Part shown: piece by piece, positions 28,611 to 37,830 of the stretch
How the letters are laid out: every line of letters begins with the position of its first letter
How positions within the stretch are numbered: position 1 is the stretch's first letter
DNA from: a virus
Length of the DNA stretch: 64,000 nucleotides
Reading direction: 5' to 3' (one strand)
IMG/VR virus record: IMGVR_UViG_3300045988_123953
The notes under the pieces: generated by a model
The model's input: only the letters and a program-made list of their open reading frames with translations
What the model was told of the DNA's origin: nothing
The model's database searches: none
Made by a program: the position numbers and the translations under genes

Positions 28611-29346
28611 ATGAGAAGAAGATTTGAAAATAATGCTAAACTATATGAGTATAAGATAGTTAGCAATTGTATAGGGGGGGGTAATCGTAGAAGGAAAGAA
28701 AGTAGGCACCATTCCACAGGGCGGGCAATTTATCTTTCTGTCTAAAAAAGAACGGCTGGATTCCATAAGTGTCCAAGGCGGTGTTCCAATGGAAGATAGG
28801 CAAGAGATCGATAGTCAGGTTGATACGACAGAGGAATTGCTTGAACAGGATTCGGTGGTTCTTTATATTGTTTTAACAACCTCTCCTCATTATGGATTTG
28901 GAGTAAGTGTGATAGCACCTGATGAGTTTACGCTAAGAACAACCAATAGGATTAATAGAACCTTTTTAATAACAAGCTTTACTCCACCTGCTGCTATATA
29001 CGGTGTAAACTTTGGTGATCCTATTGTCCTTAATTATGATAGTTACCAATATGAGATGCCAGATCTTGTAATTGATGGACCTCATGATAGAATAGTTAGG
29101 GCAGATCCTAATCTTACTTGGGTTGTAAGATGTACAGACGCCGACTTTAAACCTTTGCCATATCCAGAATCATGGTCTGGCCAAGGTTTAAATTCTATGT
29201 TCTTATCAGATATAAAACGTCTTGCTCCTGGTGATCATCATGTATCATATACAGCTTATATTAATTTGGACTTGATAGATGATGGCGGAAGTAAAGTTCA
29301 TACTGAATATCTGATATTAGAAAAAACACTTAATTTTACGATATGA
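28611..29346 (+). CDS. MRRRF-N-terminus family protein, paralog 3, split by a frameshift at a G8 tract (frame A 28611..28745, frame A+1 28675..29346)
   Basis: ATG 28611 (MRRRFENNAKLYEYKIVSNCIGG) runs into 8 consecutive G at 28674-28681. The +1 frame opens immediately after a TAG at 28672-28674 and continues for 221 codons, matching ORF track 28789..29346. Removing one G gives a single ~244-aa product. Confidence 0.5.
28674..28681 (+). repeat. G8 homopolymer tract at the frame junction of the gene above; candidate slipped-strand phase-variation site or programmed frameshift site
   Basis: Counted directly; G8 is highly unexpected in this AT-rich sequence. Confidence 0.85.
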
Positions 29347-29392
29347 CAACAATCCCCAACCGTACGCCTATTGTATGGTTGGGGATTGTTGT
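29346..29392. repeat. Perfect 16-bp inverted repeat (ACAACAATCCCCAACC ...15-nt loop... GGTTGGGGATTGTTGT) at the convergence point of the + and - modules
   Basis: Read directly; lies between the stop of the + gene ending 29346 and the stop of the - gene ending 29436. Confidence 0.8.
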
Positions 29393-29435
29393 AGTTACCA
29401 TCTTTTCTTGTATAAGCAGAACATGAAATAAGTTT

Positions 29436-29924
29436 CTAAGCATTAACTTCATGACCTCCCCTATCTGTGAAAACTAAACCAATACCTTCTATGATATGTC
29501 CTACTACAGGAGCTTTGTCAAATTCCTCCTTCGTAGCCCAAGTAGCATTATCAGGCATAAGATCCTTGAATGCGTCCGAAACATCACCTTGACACCAGCA
29601 GTTATTTGATGTAACAATGCCTTTCCCTTCGATATTGATATACATTTTTCTTCCACCACATCCAAGGCTGTTCCATCCGCTCGGTACGTTTTCCACCATA
29701 GGCTTAAGCACCCAGCTTACACCGTCTATCCTAACCCATCCAGGATCGTCTTTGTGCTTGTCGTACAAGTTTTGCCAAAAAGAGCATTCGTAGCACCATC
29801 CCCTGTCTTCCATGACAGTTCTTATCTCACTCCTTTCAAATCCATCTGCATCCATCGTGTGCGGAGAATGAGGCTGGTGAGGGGTGCCACATTTTGGACA
29901 TATGAGTTTTAAATTCTTTTCCAT
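29436..29924 (-). CDS. Hypothetical Cys/Trp-rich protein (162 aa)
   Basis: ORF; N-terminal CPKCG...H...H zinc-ribbon-like. Confidence 0.5.
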   Translation of the reverse strand: MEKNLKLICPKCGTPHQPHSPHTMDADGFERSEIRTVMEDRGWCYECSFWQNLYDKHKDDPGWVRIDGVSWVLKPMVENVPSGWNSLGCGGRKMYINIEGKGIVTSNNCWCQGDVSDAFKDLMPDNATWATKEEFDKAPVVGHIIEGIGLVFTDRGGHEVNA

Positions 29925-29925
29925 A

Positions 29926-30162
29926 TTATTTAACTTTTACGATCTTAATAGAATCTCCGATATTGTATTCCCCTTGGTATCCAACGAATTTTATAAGCCT
30001 ATTATTATAAAATATTGAAATTCTTTCGTCTTTACCATAATACATTATACATCCATCTTCTAAAGGACATAGATCATATATAACCCATCCGTTATTAACC
30101 TGACTATCATCATGCGAACATGATGATAACACAAGTGCCATCAATAAAATAAAATACCTCAT
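29926..30162 (-). CDS. Small putative lipoprotein (78 aa)
   Basis: N-terminus MRYFILLMALVLSSCSH has a signal peptide plus a lipobox-like LSSC. Confidence 0.45.
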   Translation of the reverse strand: MRYFILLMALVLSSCSHDDSQVNNGWVIYDLCPLEDGCIMYYGKDERISIFYNNRLIKFVGYQGEYNIGDSIKIVKVK

Positions 30163-30169
30163 ATTATTT

Positions 30170-30361
30170 TCAACATAAAAATTTATAACCTGTTTTTACA
30201 GCTTCCGCTTCTTCTCTCGTATCAAACATTAAGGTAGTGACAGCTCCTATGCCACAACAAACGTAAGATACTTTCACCCACCACCTAAAAATCCCAGAGC
30301 CATAATCATCATAGTACGGCTCGGAAAGAATCTCTTCTACATACCCATCCAAATAATTCAC
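30170..30361 (-). CDS. Hypothetical small protein (63 aa)
   Basis: ORF overlapping the upstream gene by 4 nt. Confidence 0.35.
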   Translation of the reverse strand: MNYLDGYVEEILSEPYYDDYGSGIFRWWVKVSYVCCGIGAVTTLMFDTREEAEAVKTGYKFLC

Positions 30362-31071
30362 GATCGCTCCTCCTTATTTTTATATTCTGCCTCTTCGAGT
30401 ATGCTGATCACCTTATCAACAATATCCGAATCAGACATTTTCTCAATAAAAACATCCATTGCCTTAGTTATATCATTGGCTTCTTTTTCTTCAAGAGCTA
30501 TTTCCCCACCGGTAATAGCATCAGATAATGATGTAGATAAGTGTCTTATCTTATCAATGCTCATAAACGTAAATGGATTACCACCCCAGCCACCACCCAT
30601 TTCTTTCATGATCTGATATCCACCTGAGATAAGTCTGCCTGATGTCGTGGCCAAGGAGGATACGATTAGGGACAGTACCGCCGCTTCCGTCCGCTCCTCG
30701 GACACACCCCTCGACCACACGGCTGCCCTTATAGCGCCGGCCAGGTCGTCTATGTATGGCATGAGGCAATCTTCCATCGCTTGTGTTATATCAGCTATAA
30801 CCTCACTACGCTCTTTATTTATGTAGTAGATAGAAGCATTGTACCTCTTTATCTCTTTGTCCATGTCATTTAAAAGACGCTTGATATTGTGCTTATACAT
30901 AGGACTGGTTTTAATTACTTCCTTTAGTTTAAGAATGTAATTATAAGCCTGGTCATTTACGAACAACGTCATGGTTTCAACCGTTGAATGAAGCGTGTTG
31001 AGGCTGTTAAGAATCTTATCGAAATTGTTTATCAAATAAGCTTTTCTGGCTTTTGCTGCATAGTTAATCAT
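30358..31071 (-). CDS. Hypothetical protein (237 aa)
   Basis: ORF in a tightly packed minus-strand array. Confidence 0.55.
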   Translation of the reverse strand: MINYAAKARKAYLINNFDKILNSLNTLHSTVETMTLFVNDQAYNYILKLKEVIKTSPMYKHNIKRLLNDMDKEIKRYNASIYYINKERSEVIADITQAMEDCLMPYIDDLAGAIRAAVWSRGVSEERTEAAVLSLIVSSLATTSGRLISGGYQIMKEMGGGWGGNPFTFMSIDKIRHLSTSLSDAITGGEIALEEKEANDITKAMDVFIEKMSDSDIVDKVISILEEAEYKNKEERS

Positions 31072-31606
31072 CGCATTCGAATTTTAGATTTTCAAGTTCA
31101 TGTATTTGTAACCTAAGAGACTTAATTAAATTCGTTCTCTGTTCCTCTGCATGTTTTAAAGCCTCTTCCTTGCTTTCAAAAGCACAATCCCCTATCTGAT
31201 AAGGGGTGTAACGACCAGGAGTGTCAGCTAATAAAAGACCACCACAATCTTCTATTCTGGCTTTTACCTTTCTTATTTTCCCATCTTTTAGACACATGTC
31301 TGTAACCCATACGAATTTACCATATAATTTATCATACTCTTCTGATCTCTCTTCTTGCAATTCATACCATTTAGGCTTAGGAAATCTTAATGTGAATTTA
31401 ACCTCAGTATCTTTTTCTAAGACATTAATATCGTATGCTTCCGGCCACAGCTCTTTTATGCTGTCTTCGTCTTCGGCATACGCTACAAGTATGAATGAAT
31501 CATCGGATTCACCACTACACCAATATGGATATTTTATAGGCCATTTGACTGGACGGTAGTCGTTACCGCAGTCGGATTTTTTAATGTAAAATCTTGCTCT
31601 AATCAT
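31064..31606 (-). CDS. Hypothetical protein (180 aa)
   Basis: ORF. Confidence 0.55.
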   Translation of the reverse strand: MIRARFYIKKSDCGNDYRPVKWPIKYPYWCSGESDDSFILVAYAEDEDSIKELWPEAYDINVLEKDTEVKFTLRFPKPKWYELQEERSEEYDKLYGKFVWVTDMCLKDGKIRKVKARIEDCGGLLLADTPGRYTPYQIGDCAFESKEEALKHAEEQRTNLIKSLRLQIHELENLKFECDD

Positions 31607-31613
31607 ATCGTTA

Positions 31614-31925
31614 TTAATCTGATAATTTTTCTATTTTAATTAATTTTGATGATAGATACATATTCCATTTCCCTCTGCCTCTGTCACCTTTTTCGTTTTG
31701 TTTTTGGATTGTCAAGTACAGATCTCCGTCTTCACATACTTCAACTTTTTTCAAGAAGCCTATCATTTCATCTCCTGCTTCGTGTAAAATACGGATCTTA
31801 TCTCCTTCTTTTAACCCATAATTGGAATCAAAGTATTCTTTTTTGATTCTATCAATATTGTCTTTATGGTTTTTTATAGCATAAAGCTCTTTTCTTAATA
31901 AATAATTTAGTTGTTCTATTGTCAT
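31614..31925 (-). CDS. Hypothetical protein (103 aa)
   Basis: ORF. Confidence 0.5.
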   Translation of the reverse strand: MTIEQLNYLLRKELYAIKNHKDNIDRIKKEYFDSNYGLKEGDKIRILHEAGDEMIGFLKKVEVCEDGDLYLTIQKQNEKGDRGRGKWNMYLSSKLIKIEKLSD

Positions 31926-32479
31926 TTCTTTTCCTCCTTGTTTAATGGTATCAACCCTTTTCCATGCTTGTCATACCACAGCATAGCTATACAGTTCCAT
32001 GCACATTGTGCAAGATGAAAACATCCTGTATCGGAATCCACTCTTTCCCCTTTCATGTATTCCATTAGGTGTCTGGCAGCCGCAGCACGATACCGTTCAA
32101 ACCCGTTGTCAAGGTTCTGCCATTTATTGGGTCCGTACTTCTTTGCACCAGCATGATAGACTCTTACAATGTCCTCAATCTCTTCCATTGGAAGCAAATC
32201 CCATCGTAGTTTATCGTCTATGATGTCATTCTTCACCGATTTATTTTCTACGGGGTCTTTGGAAAGAATAATATCCATAATATCCGTTTCTATGACGAAC
32301 GTCTCCCCATTACAACAAACCTCAGCATATTTATCATTTACTTCTATGTCTGATACTGCCTCCGCTATAGCTCCTTTGGCTATTTTAAATTCTGCACTGA
32401 TTATATCATCTTTCAATATGCGAAAAATAGATCCTTTTGGATAAAGGATATTTTTAGTATTATCATCCATCTTTTCCAT
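31922..32479 (-). CDS. Hypothetical protein (185 aa); possibly the phage dATP/dGTP pyrophosphohydrolase-like N-domain family (very tentative)
   Basis: ORF; segment WDLLPMEEIEDIVRVYHAGAKKYGPNKWQNL vaguely recalled as similar to that family; unverified. Confidence 0.5.
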   Translation of the reverse strand: MEKMDDNTKNILYPKGSIFRILKDDIISAEFKIAKGAIAEAVSDIEVNDKYAEVCCNGETFVIETDIMDIILSKDPVENKSVKNDIIDDKLRWDLLPMEEIEDIVRVYHAGAKKYGPNKWQNLDNGFERYRAAAARHLMEYMKGERVDSDTGCFHLAQCAWNCIAMLWYDKHGKGLIPLNKEEKK

Positions 32480-32531
32480 TGCTTTATCGTTGTTTTACCT
32501 CATTTCGATAGTAATATAATCCATCTTCGTC

Positions 32532-32819
32532 TTATACCCTATCATTTCTGTTTTTCTCAAAATACTGTCTTACGGCTTCAATCGCCTTATCGTCATCAAA
32601 AGCCTCTACAAACCCCTCATAGAATCTATTTCGCTCCATAGAGAACGTATTGCTTCCATCCGGAATGGTTCTGAACACAACTACCTTCTCTCCATCTACG
32701 TTCGTTCCTATGATGTTGTTATGGAGAATAATAGAATACCGCCCAGAGTTTTTGTTCTGGACGACACTATGTTCGAGATTGTAGAGTCTAAGTAGTTCTC
32801 TTATTTCTTTTACTCCCAT
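32532..32819 (-). CDS. Hypothetical protein (95 aa)
   Basis: ORF. Confidence 0.5.
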   Translation of the reverse strand: MGVKEIRELLRLYNLEHSVVQNKNSGRYSIILHNNIIGTNVDGEKVVVFRTIPDGSNTFSMERNRFYEGFVEAFDDDKAIEAVRQYFEKNRNDRV

Positions 32820-32820
32820 A

Positions 32821-33588
32821 TTATTTTACGTTTTTAGAAGTTACAGCCTCTTCTCCCCATTTCTTTACATATATAGATCTCATCATGTTCATTAAATTAG
32901 AGAAAGAAGAGATGGTTCCCATCTCTATGCAGAATGCAAGATTAGACTGTAGGGTTTCAAGTTCTTTCAACTGCTCCTGTGTAGCCCTATTTCTTATCAT
33001 GCTTTCATGCTCATTAAATACAATCCAATTTAAGCCTTTAGCCATCTTGGAGTAATCGGCATCCGGAAATCTTGATATAGCTCTTGACAAGACATTGTAT
33101 TTATCACCTGCCTCTATTCGGTTTAAGATAAGCTTATCTGTTAACCACGTAACAACCTCAGCATACAACATAGGGTTTAGTTCCATAGCTACAAGCACCC
33201 ATATATATGGATTACACATAGTTCTCCTATTCTCTCCTCTACCCATTGTCTTATAAGCTCCCATTTTTTTCATCACTTTTATAAGTGACTCTTTTTCAAC
33301 AGATTGTATAAAACCAGGAAATCCTGATTCTATCTTATATCCTTGTTTTTCAAGGATATAGTAAACACGTTCCGCACTCTCCTTATTAGATAGGATATTC
33401 TCTATTCTCTTTTCATTCCACCCCATCTCAACCCTCTTCTTCGTATAGGCTTCCTGAAGGTCTGTTAAGGACATAAACGAAGTTTTAGTGTCCTGCTTAA
33501 TTATTACGCCAAATAATTCTCGGTCTTTTGATACCATTGTAACATTTGTTTTCATAAAATATAACACATAAAAAATAATACGATACAA
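32821..33588 (-). CDS. Hypothetical protein (up to 255 aa; the true start is probably an internal Met)
   Basis: ORF; the first ~12 residues are hydrophobic junk-like. Confidence 0.5.
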   Translation of the reverse strand: MYRIIFYVLYFMKTNVTMVSKDRELFGVIIKQDTKTSFMSLTDLQEAYTKKRVEMGWNEKRIENILSNKESAERVYYILEKQGYKIESGFPGFIQSVEKESLIKVMKKMGAYKTMGRGENRRTMCNPYIWVLVAMELNPMLYAEVVTWLTDKLILNRIEAGDKYNVLSRAISRFPDADYSKMAKGLNWIVFNEHESMIRNRATQEQLKELETLQSNLAFCIEMGTISSFSNLMNMMRSIYVKKWGEEAVTSKNVK

Positions 33589-33653
33589 AAAATATGTATC
33601 GTATTATATCTATACAAATATATTGTGTTAAATTTTATGATTATATTTTTACG

Positions 33654-34016
33654 TTATGCGCCTATGGCTGCCTCTAAATTCCCTATAATACCAGTTTCTA
33701 TGTCATTGATTTTATCATCAATGGTTGAAACCGCATTCTCTAAATCCCCTACAATACTTTCTATATCATCAACAACCGCCTCCATATTAGCTACAGCCTC
33801 ATCTGATTGATAATATCTTTCTGTATCTTGTAACGACTCCGGCATATTATCTCTTGCTTCCGTCTCTTCGTCTAAAATCATATCAACATCATCCTTGGCT
33901 GAATCCAGATTATGCCTAACCTCTGACAGCTTTGATTTGATAAACTCAAGATCTGTTTTATGCTTTTCCAAATTGGAAATAATATCCTCTATTTTCTTAC
34001 GTCTTTTGCTGTTCAT
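33654..34016 (-). CDS. Coiled-coil protein (120 aa)
   Basis: ORF; heptad-like, acidic. Confidence 0.5.
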   Translation of the reverse strand: MNSKRRKKIEDIISNLEKHKTDLEFIKSKLSEVRHNLDSAKDDVDMILDEETEARDNMPESLQDTERYYQSDEAVANMEAVVDDIESIVGDLENAVSTIDDKINDIETGIIGNLEAAIGA

Positions 34017-35434
34017 GCTTTTATTCTATTATAATATTCGATAATCTTTTCTTTCCTGTCTCCTGGTTTTACTGCCATATTCTCAGCCAAGAACCTAAAA
34101 TACGACACTGGTATGTCCTTGAATCTAATTCCTTCATATTTTCCAAACCACATTATTATGCTGTCAAGATCGTCTTCTCTCCTACCATCTCCATTCACAG
34201 ATTTAAGCGAGGCTGCCCGACGAAGGATCTCGTCTTTGGTAATAATATCACCCATCCTTATATTAGACAGAAGTTGATCGCCGGCAAACATACACCAGCC
34301 CTTAGAAGGGAATTGCTCGATTGTCAGGTCTTCTATCCGACCAAAGCGTCTCATGTTGTCGCAGCAATCAACTATCAGCGCCTCTTTCTTGTCAGGATGG
34401 ATGCGGACGGCGCGGCCTAATATTTGGTAATAAGTTGAATATGAGAAAGTTGGTCGACCAAACATCACACAATCAAGTTCAGGAAAATCAAATCCGGTAG
34501 CAAGCGTTGAATAATTAAAAACCACCTTCAACTTACCTTCTTTGAAATCGGATATGATTTGCTCTCTTTTCTTTTTGGTTGTTAGCGATGTTACGACACC
34601 GGTTATGGCTCCCATCCTGGCATTCATGAACTCTGATATTCTATTACATGATTCGATAGAATCCATGCAAACCAAAATGGCTTTACGCTCGTTCATAAGT
34701 TGAAGAAGGCGCTTGTAGATAGAGTTGTTTAAGCCGTTTCGTACAATACTTTCTTTAATAGATTCGTTGGTGTATTCGGCTCCGGTACTGTTTAACATCA
34801 GAGCCGATTCATCAAACGACCATCGTTCGTACTTAAGTGGACACCAAAACCCTTGAGAAGTTAGTTCTTGTATTTGAGTCACATGAACTATTTTCTTGAA
34901 GAAGTTATGCTCGTCTTTCGTCAGCATATTGAGCTTGCTATAGTTCCCTTCCAGCATGGAACTGTAGGTTCGGAGGCGGCAGGGAGTGGCGGTGAAGCCC
35001 AGCACCTTCGCCTCTGGAAACCCGTTCATAAACTCCATAAATTCAGAACCTTCCTCCGGGGAATACCCCGAGTGGCATTCGTCCACCAATAAGGTGTCTA
35101 TCCCTATATCTTTCAACCTTGCTACGTCTTTCTTTATGCTTTTAAGTGTAGCATAAGTCATAGCCGACAGTTCCTTTATACCACATGAAGCAGAATATAT
35201 AGTAGGTTTAGAACCGAATGATACGGCCTTTGCATAATTCTGCTCCAGAATCTCTTTTGAGGGCTGTAATACTAATGTCGGTCTATTTATTTCATGTGCT
35301 ATCTTGGATATCAGAAGGCTCTTTCCACATCCGCATGGGGCTACGATTATGCCAGGCTTCTTAGATCTTCCTGTAAGAAACTTAAGCCCGGCATCTACTG
35401 CCTCTTTTTGGTAAGGTCTAAGTTCAAAGCCCAT
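34013..35434 (-). CDS. Superfamily-2 DNA/RNA helicase (DEAD/DEAH-like)
   Basis: Motifs read from the translation: LRPYQ (Q-motif), Walker A APCGCGKS, motif II LVDECH, motif III TATP, plus C-terminal helicase-domain arginines. Confidence 0.75.
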   Translation of the reverse strand: MGFELRPYQKEAVDAGLKFLTGRSKKPGIIVAPCGCGKSLLISKIAHEINRPTLVLQPSKEILEQNYAKAVSFGSKPTIYSASCGIKELSAMTYATLKSIKKDVARLKDIGIDTLLVDECHSGYSPEEGSEFMEFMNGFPEAKVLGFTATPCRLRTYSSMLEGNYSKLNMLTKDEHNFFKKIVHVTQIQELTSQGFWCPLKYERWSFDESALMLNSTGAEYTNESIKESIVRNGLNNSIYKRLLQLMNERKAILVCMDSIESCNRISEFMNARMGAITGVVTSLTTKKKREQIISDFKEGKLKVVFNYSTLATGFDFPELDCVMFGRPTFSYSTYYQILGRAVRIHPDKKEALIVDCCDNMRRFGRIEDLTIEQFPSKGWCMFAGDQLLSNIRMGDIITKDEILRRAASLKSVNGDGRREDDLDSIIMWFGKYEGIRFKDIPVSYFRFLAENMAVKPGDRKEKIIEYYNRIKA

Positions 35435-35801
35435 CGCAATCTATTTTACTGTTTTTTGAAAGTTCTATTATCGCCTCTTTCAACATTTCCCTTGCTTTAT
35501 TCTCATTATCTTCGAGCAAGCATACACTGCACGATATGCCCATACGATCTCCATAAGCCTCGGCATTACCTAATGTGAATGCGCAGCAGTAATCATAATC
35601 CATGTTTTTTGCTACGGCAATAAACTGATTATCTTCTATCAGTACAGCATATTCAGCATCAGTTTCACACATGATAATGGCTTTATCTTTTTTTATAGAC
35701 AATACCTTGTTTCTGAAAAGTCCGTTATAAATCCATAGTTCCTTTCCTGCATTTTTATAAAACGCAACCATATCTTCCTTGATTGTAACTTCTTTTTTCA
35801 T
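35424..35801 (-). CDS. Hypothetical protein (125 aa)
   Basis: ORF overlapping the helicase start. Confidence 0.5.
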   Translation of the reverse strand: MKKEVTIKEDMVAFYKNAGKELWIYNGLFRNKVLSIKKDKAIIMCETDAEYAVLIEDNQFIAVAKNMDYDYCCAFTLGNAEAYGDRMGISCSVCLLEDNENKAREMLKEAIIELSKNSKIDCDGL

Positions 35802-35804
35802 GAC

Positions 35805-36125
35805 TTACTTGTGTTTAACATCAGTAATTAAAACATATCTTTTAACAATATCTTCAAGCTCCATAGAAAATAATAAAGTTGGGCTTTTTCCGTACTCGTA
35901 CAGAGCGAACCCTTCCTTTATGTCTAATATCTTAATCACATGCTTGCCTCTTTCAAATGGATCCATGAAGTAGCCTTCGTATTCGTATCTTTGACCGACT
36001 TTTATTTTGTCGGTCTTCTTCTTCATCTTATACCGATCTATTGCCATGCTTATTTTTATAAGAATCGTTACAAACAAGTATAATAATAAAAAGGCCGCTG
36101 CTCCTGCTATCAATACTTCTTTCAT
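35805..36125 (-). CDS. Hypothetical membrane-anchored protein (106 aa)
   Basis: ORF; N-terminal TM helix. Confidence 0.5.
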   Translation of the reverse strand: MKEVLIAGAAAFLLLYLFVTILIKISMAIDRYKMKKKTDKIKVGQRYEYEGYFMDPFERGKHVIKILDIKEGFALYEYGKSPTLLFSMELEDIVKRYVLITDVKHK

Positions 36126-36291
36126 TGCACCTCTTTTAAGTAGTTAAACCATATATCCTCCAGTCTTTCCTGAAGCTCAAATGCTTTCTTAAAATTCCCG
36201 CTTCTTACAGCAACGTCTCTCATGTATTCTACGTTTATAACCTCCGGATCTTGCCGGTATTTTGTTCTTAACTTTTGAACATCCTCGTATT

Positions 36292-37311
36292 TCATCGTTT
36301 TATCTTTTTAGACGGATCCCAATCTGAAGAGAAAGGGCATTCGTTTTTGTTATGTAATCCAAAGTCACAATAATAACACAGTGCTGACGGGCAGGGCAGC
36401 TTGTTTTGCGAAACAGGCTGGCTTAGGGTGGCACGCCTCTTGCTATACCTGGTTCCTTCTGCTCCCTGGATGTATGCTTGAAATGCTTTTACACTATTAT
36501 CTTCAAAATCATACATTTTAGACAAAGTGTCATTTAGCATCTCTATAGATTTTGTTTTACGTTCCTCATCTACCTTAACCTTTTGGTACTGTCTGGTCCT
36601 GGTAAAGAAATAGATGTTCATATCTGGCAGAACTCCGCCATATCTTCTATAGATGTAAAATGAATATATAGGATGCTGTAAATTTGTTTCCAACTTCTTA
36701 GAGTCAAAAACCTTATTACCGGATTTCCAATCTATGACATAATGGTGAACTACGTTCTTGCTTTTTATAGCCAGATGAAGGTCTACCGATCCTACTATGT
36801 ACACATGAGTATGAACGGTCCCATTTATATCAACAGGCTTAGGAAGACGGTACGGCAGCACAAAATCTTCTTCGACTCCAACTATGGCGCCGTGTCTGAT
36901 AAGTTTCTCGCAGGGATTAAGATCACTATCAGCTATCATAAACCTATTGCCGTCTTTTTTGAACAGATCCACAATCCAAGCAAGAAGTTCCCCAGATTGC
37001 TTCATGGCCATCATCATATTTTCCGGTGATTGCCAAGGTATGTCCTCCTGGTAAGCATAGTAACTTATTGCTTCTCCAAGGTCTTTACCAGAAGGCTGTC
37101 TTCCGTTCTTAAAGAAGTATTCCAGTGTCTTATGGATAACCGTACCATAGGATGTAGCTTCTTGTTTTTCCGTAGACCTTTTGCCCTCCACGTAAGTCTT
37201 ATACCATTTCATTGGACAGGTAAGAAACGTATCTATCTGGGAATAAGATATGGCAAGACGTTTCACACCATTAAACTCCTTATATAGCAAATGCGTTTCC
37301 GGGACCATCAT
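36292..37311 (-). CDS. PD-(D/E)XK nuclease, Cas4/RecB-like with a 4-Cys (Fe-S-type) cluster
   Basis: N-terminal Cys (LTCPMKWY), core IVGSVDLH ... VIDWKSG (D...D/E-x-K), and a C-terminal CPSALCYYCDFGLHNKNEC triad. Confidence 0.65.
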   Translation of the reverse strand: MMVPETHLLYKEFNGVKRLAISYSQIDTFLTCPMKWYKTYVEGKRSTEKQEATSYGTVIHKTLEYFFKNGRQPSGKDLGEAISYYAYQEDIPWQSPENMMMAMKQSGELLAWIVDLFKKDGNRFMIADSDLNPCEKLIRHGAIVGVEEDFVLPYRLPKPVDINGTVHTHVYIVGSVDLHLAIKSKNVVHHYVIDWKSGNKVFDSKKLETNLQHPIYSFYIYRRYGGVLPDMNIYFFTRTRQYQKVKVDEERKTKSIEMLNDTLSKMYDFEDNSVKAFQAYIQGAEGTRYSKRRATLSQPVSQNKLPCPSALCYYCDFGLHNKNECPFSSDWDPSKKIKR

Positions 37312-37667
37312 AAGTCATTGTCTTTAAATCCTTCCGGGTAATATACGACATACTTCTTACCGTCTTCTGGTGTCATGGCAAACTGCATGTAGTTATTACG
37401 ATTACGATGCTTGCCATCTAATCCTCGCTTCCAATACAGAATCCCGTCTATATCCACATAAGATCTACCGCGTTCGGCTCTAACTACGTCCGTGTGTAGC
37501 AGATACCCGTCGGAAGACACGATCCATACTTTATCACCTTTGTTTAAATAAGATATTCTTTTTCTTACAATAACCTTTTTCTTATTATCCAATACAAATT
37601 CCTCATCAGTCATACTCTTCATCCTCCTCTTCTTCTGTTTCAAAATCAATTCCATAACACTGATCAT
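37308..37667 (-). CDS. Hypothetical protein (119 aa)
   Basis: ORF. Confidence 0.5.
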   Translation of the reverse strand: MISVMELILKQKKRRMKSMTDEEFVLDNKKKVIVRKRISYLNKGDKVWIVSSDGYLLHTDVVRAERGRSYVDIDGILYWKRGLDGKHRNRNNYMQFAMTPEDGKKYVVYYPEGFKDNDL

Positions 37668-37830
37668 AATGCTTGGTCAGTTCTTCTGGTTCTAAATCTT
37701 GTCCAAAATCCATATTAAAAATATATTAATCAATAAAGCACTAAAAATCACTATTCCTGCTGGCATGAAATCTATAAATGCTGCTTTTATTTCTTCAATT
37801 AGGCCCAAGTGTAACCTTGGGCCATTGTAT

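Noticed and set aside
35799-35807. In-frame stop between the minus-strand ORFs 35805..36125 and 35424..35801
   Set aside because: This is a normal TAA stop followed by one codon and then an ATG. Same frame by chance (1 in 3); not a readthrough candidate.
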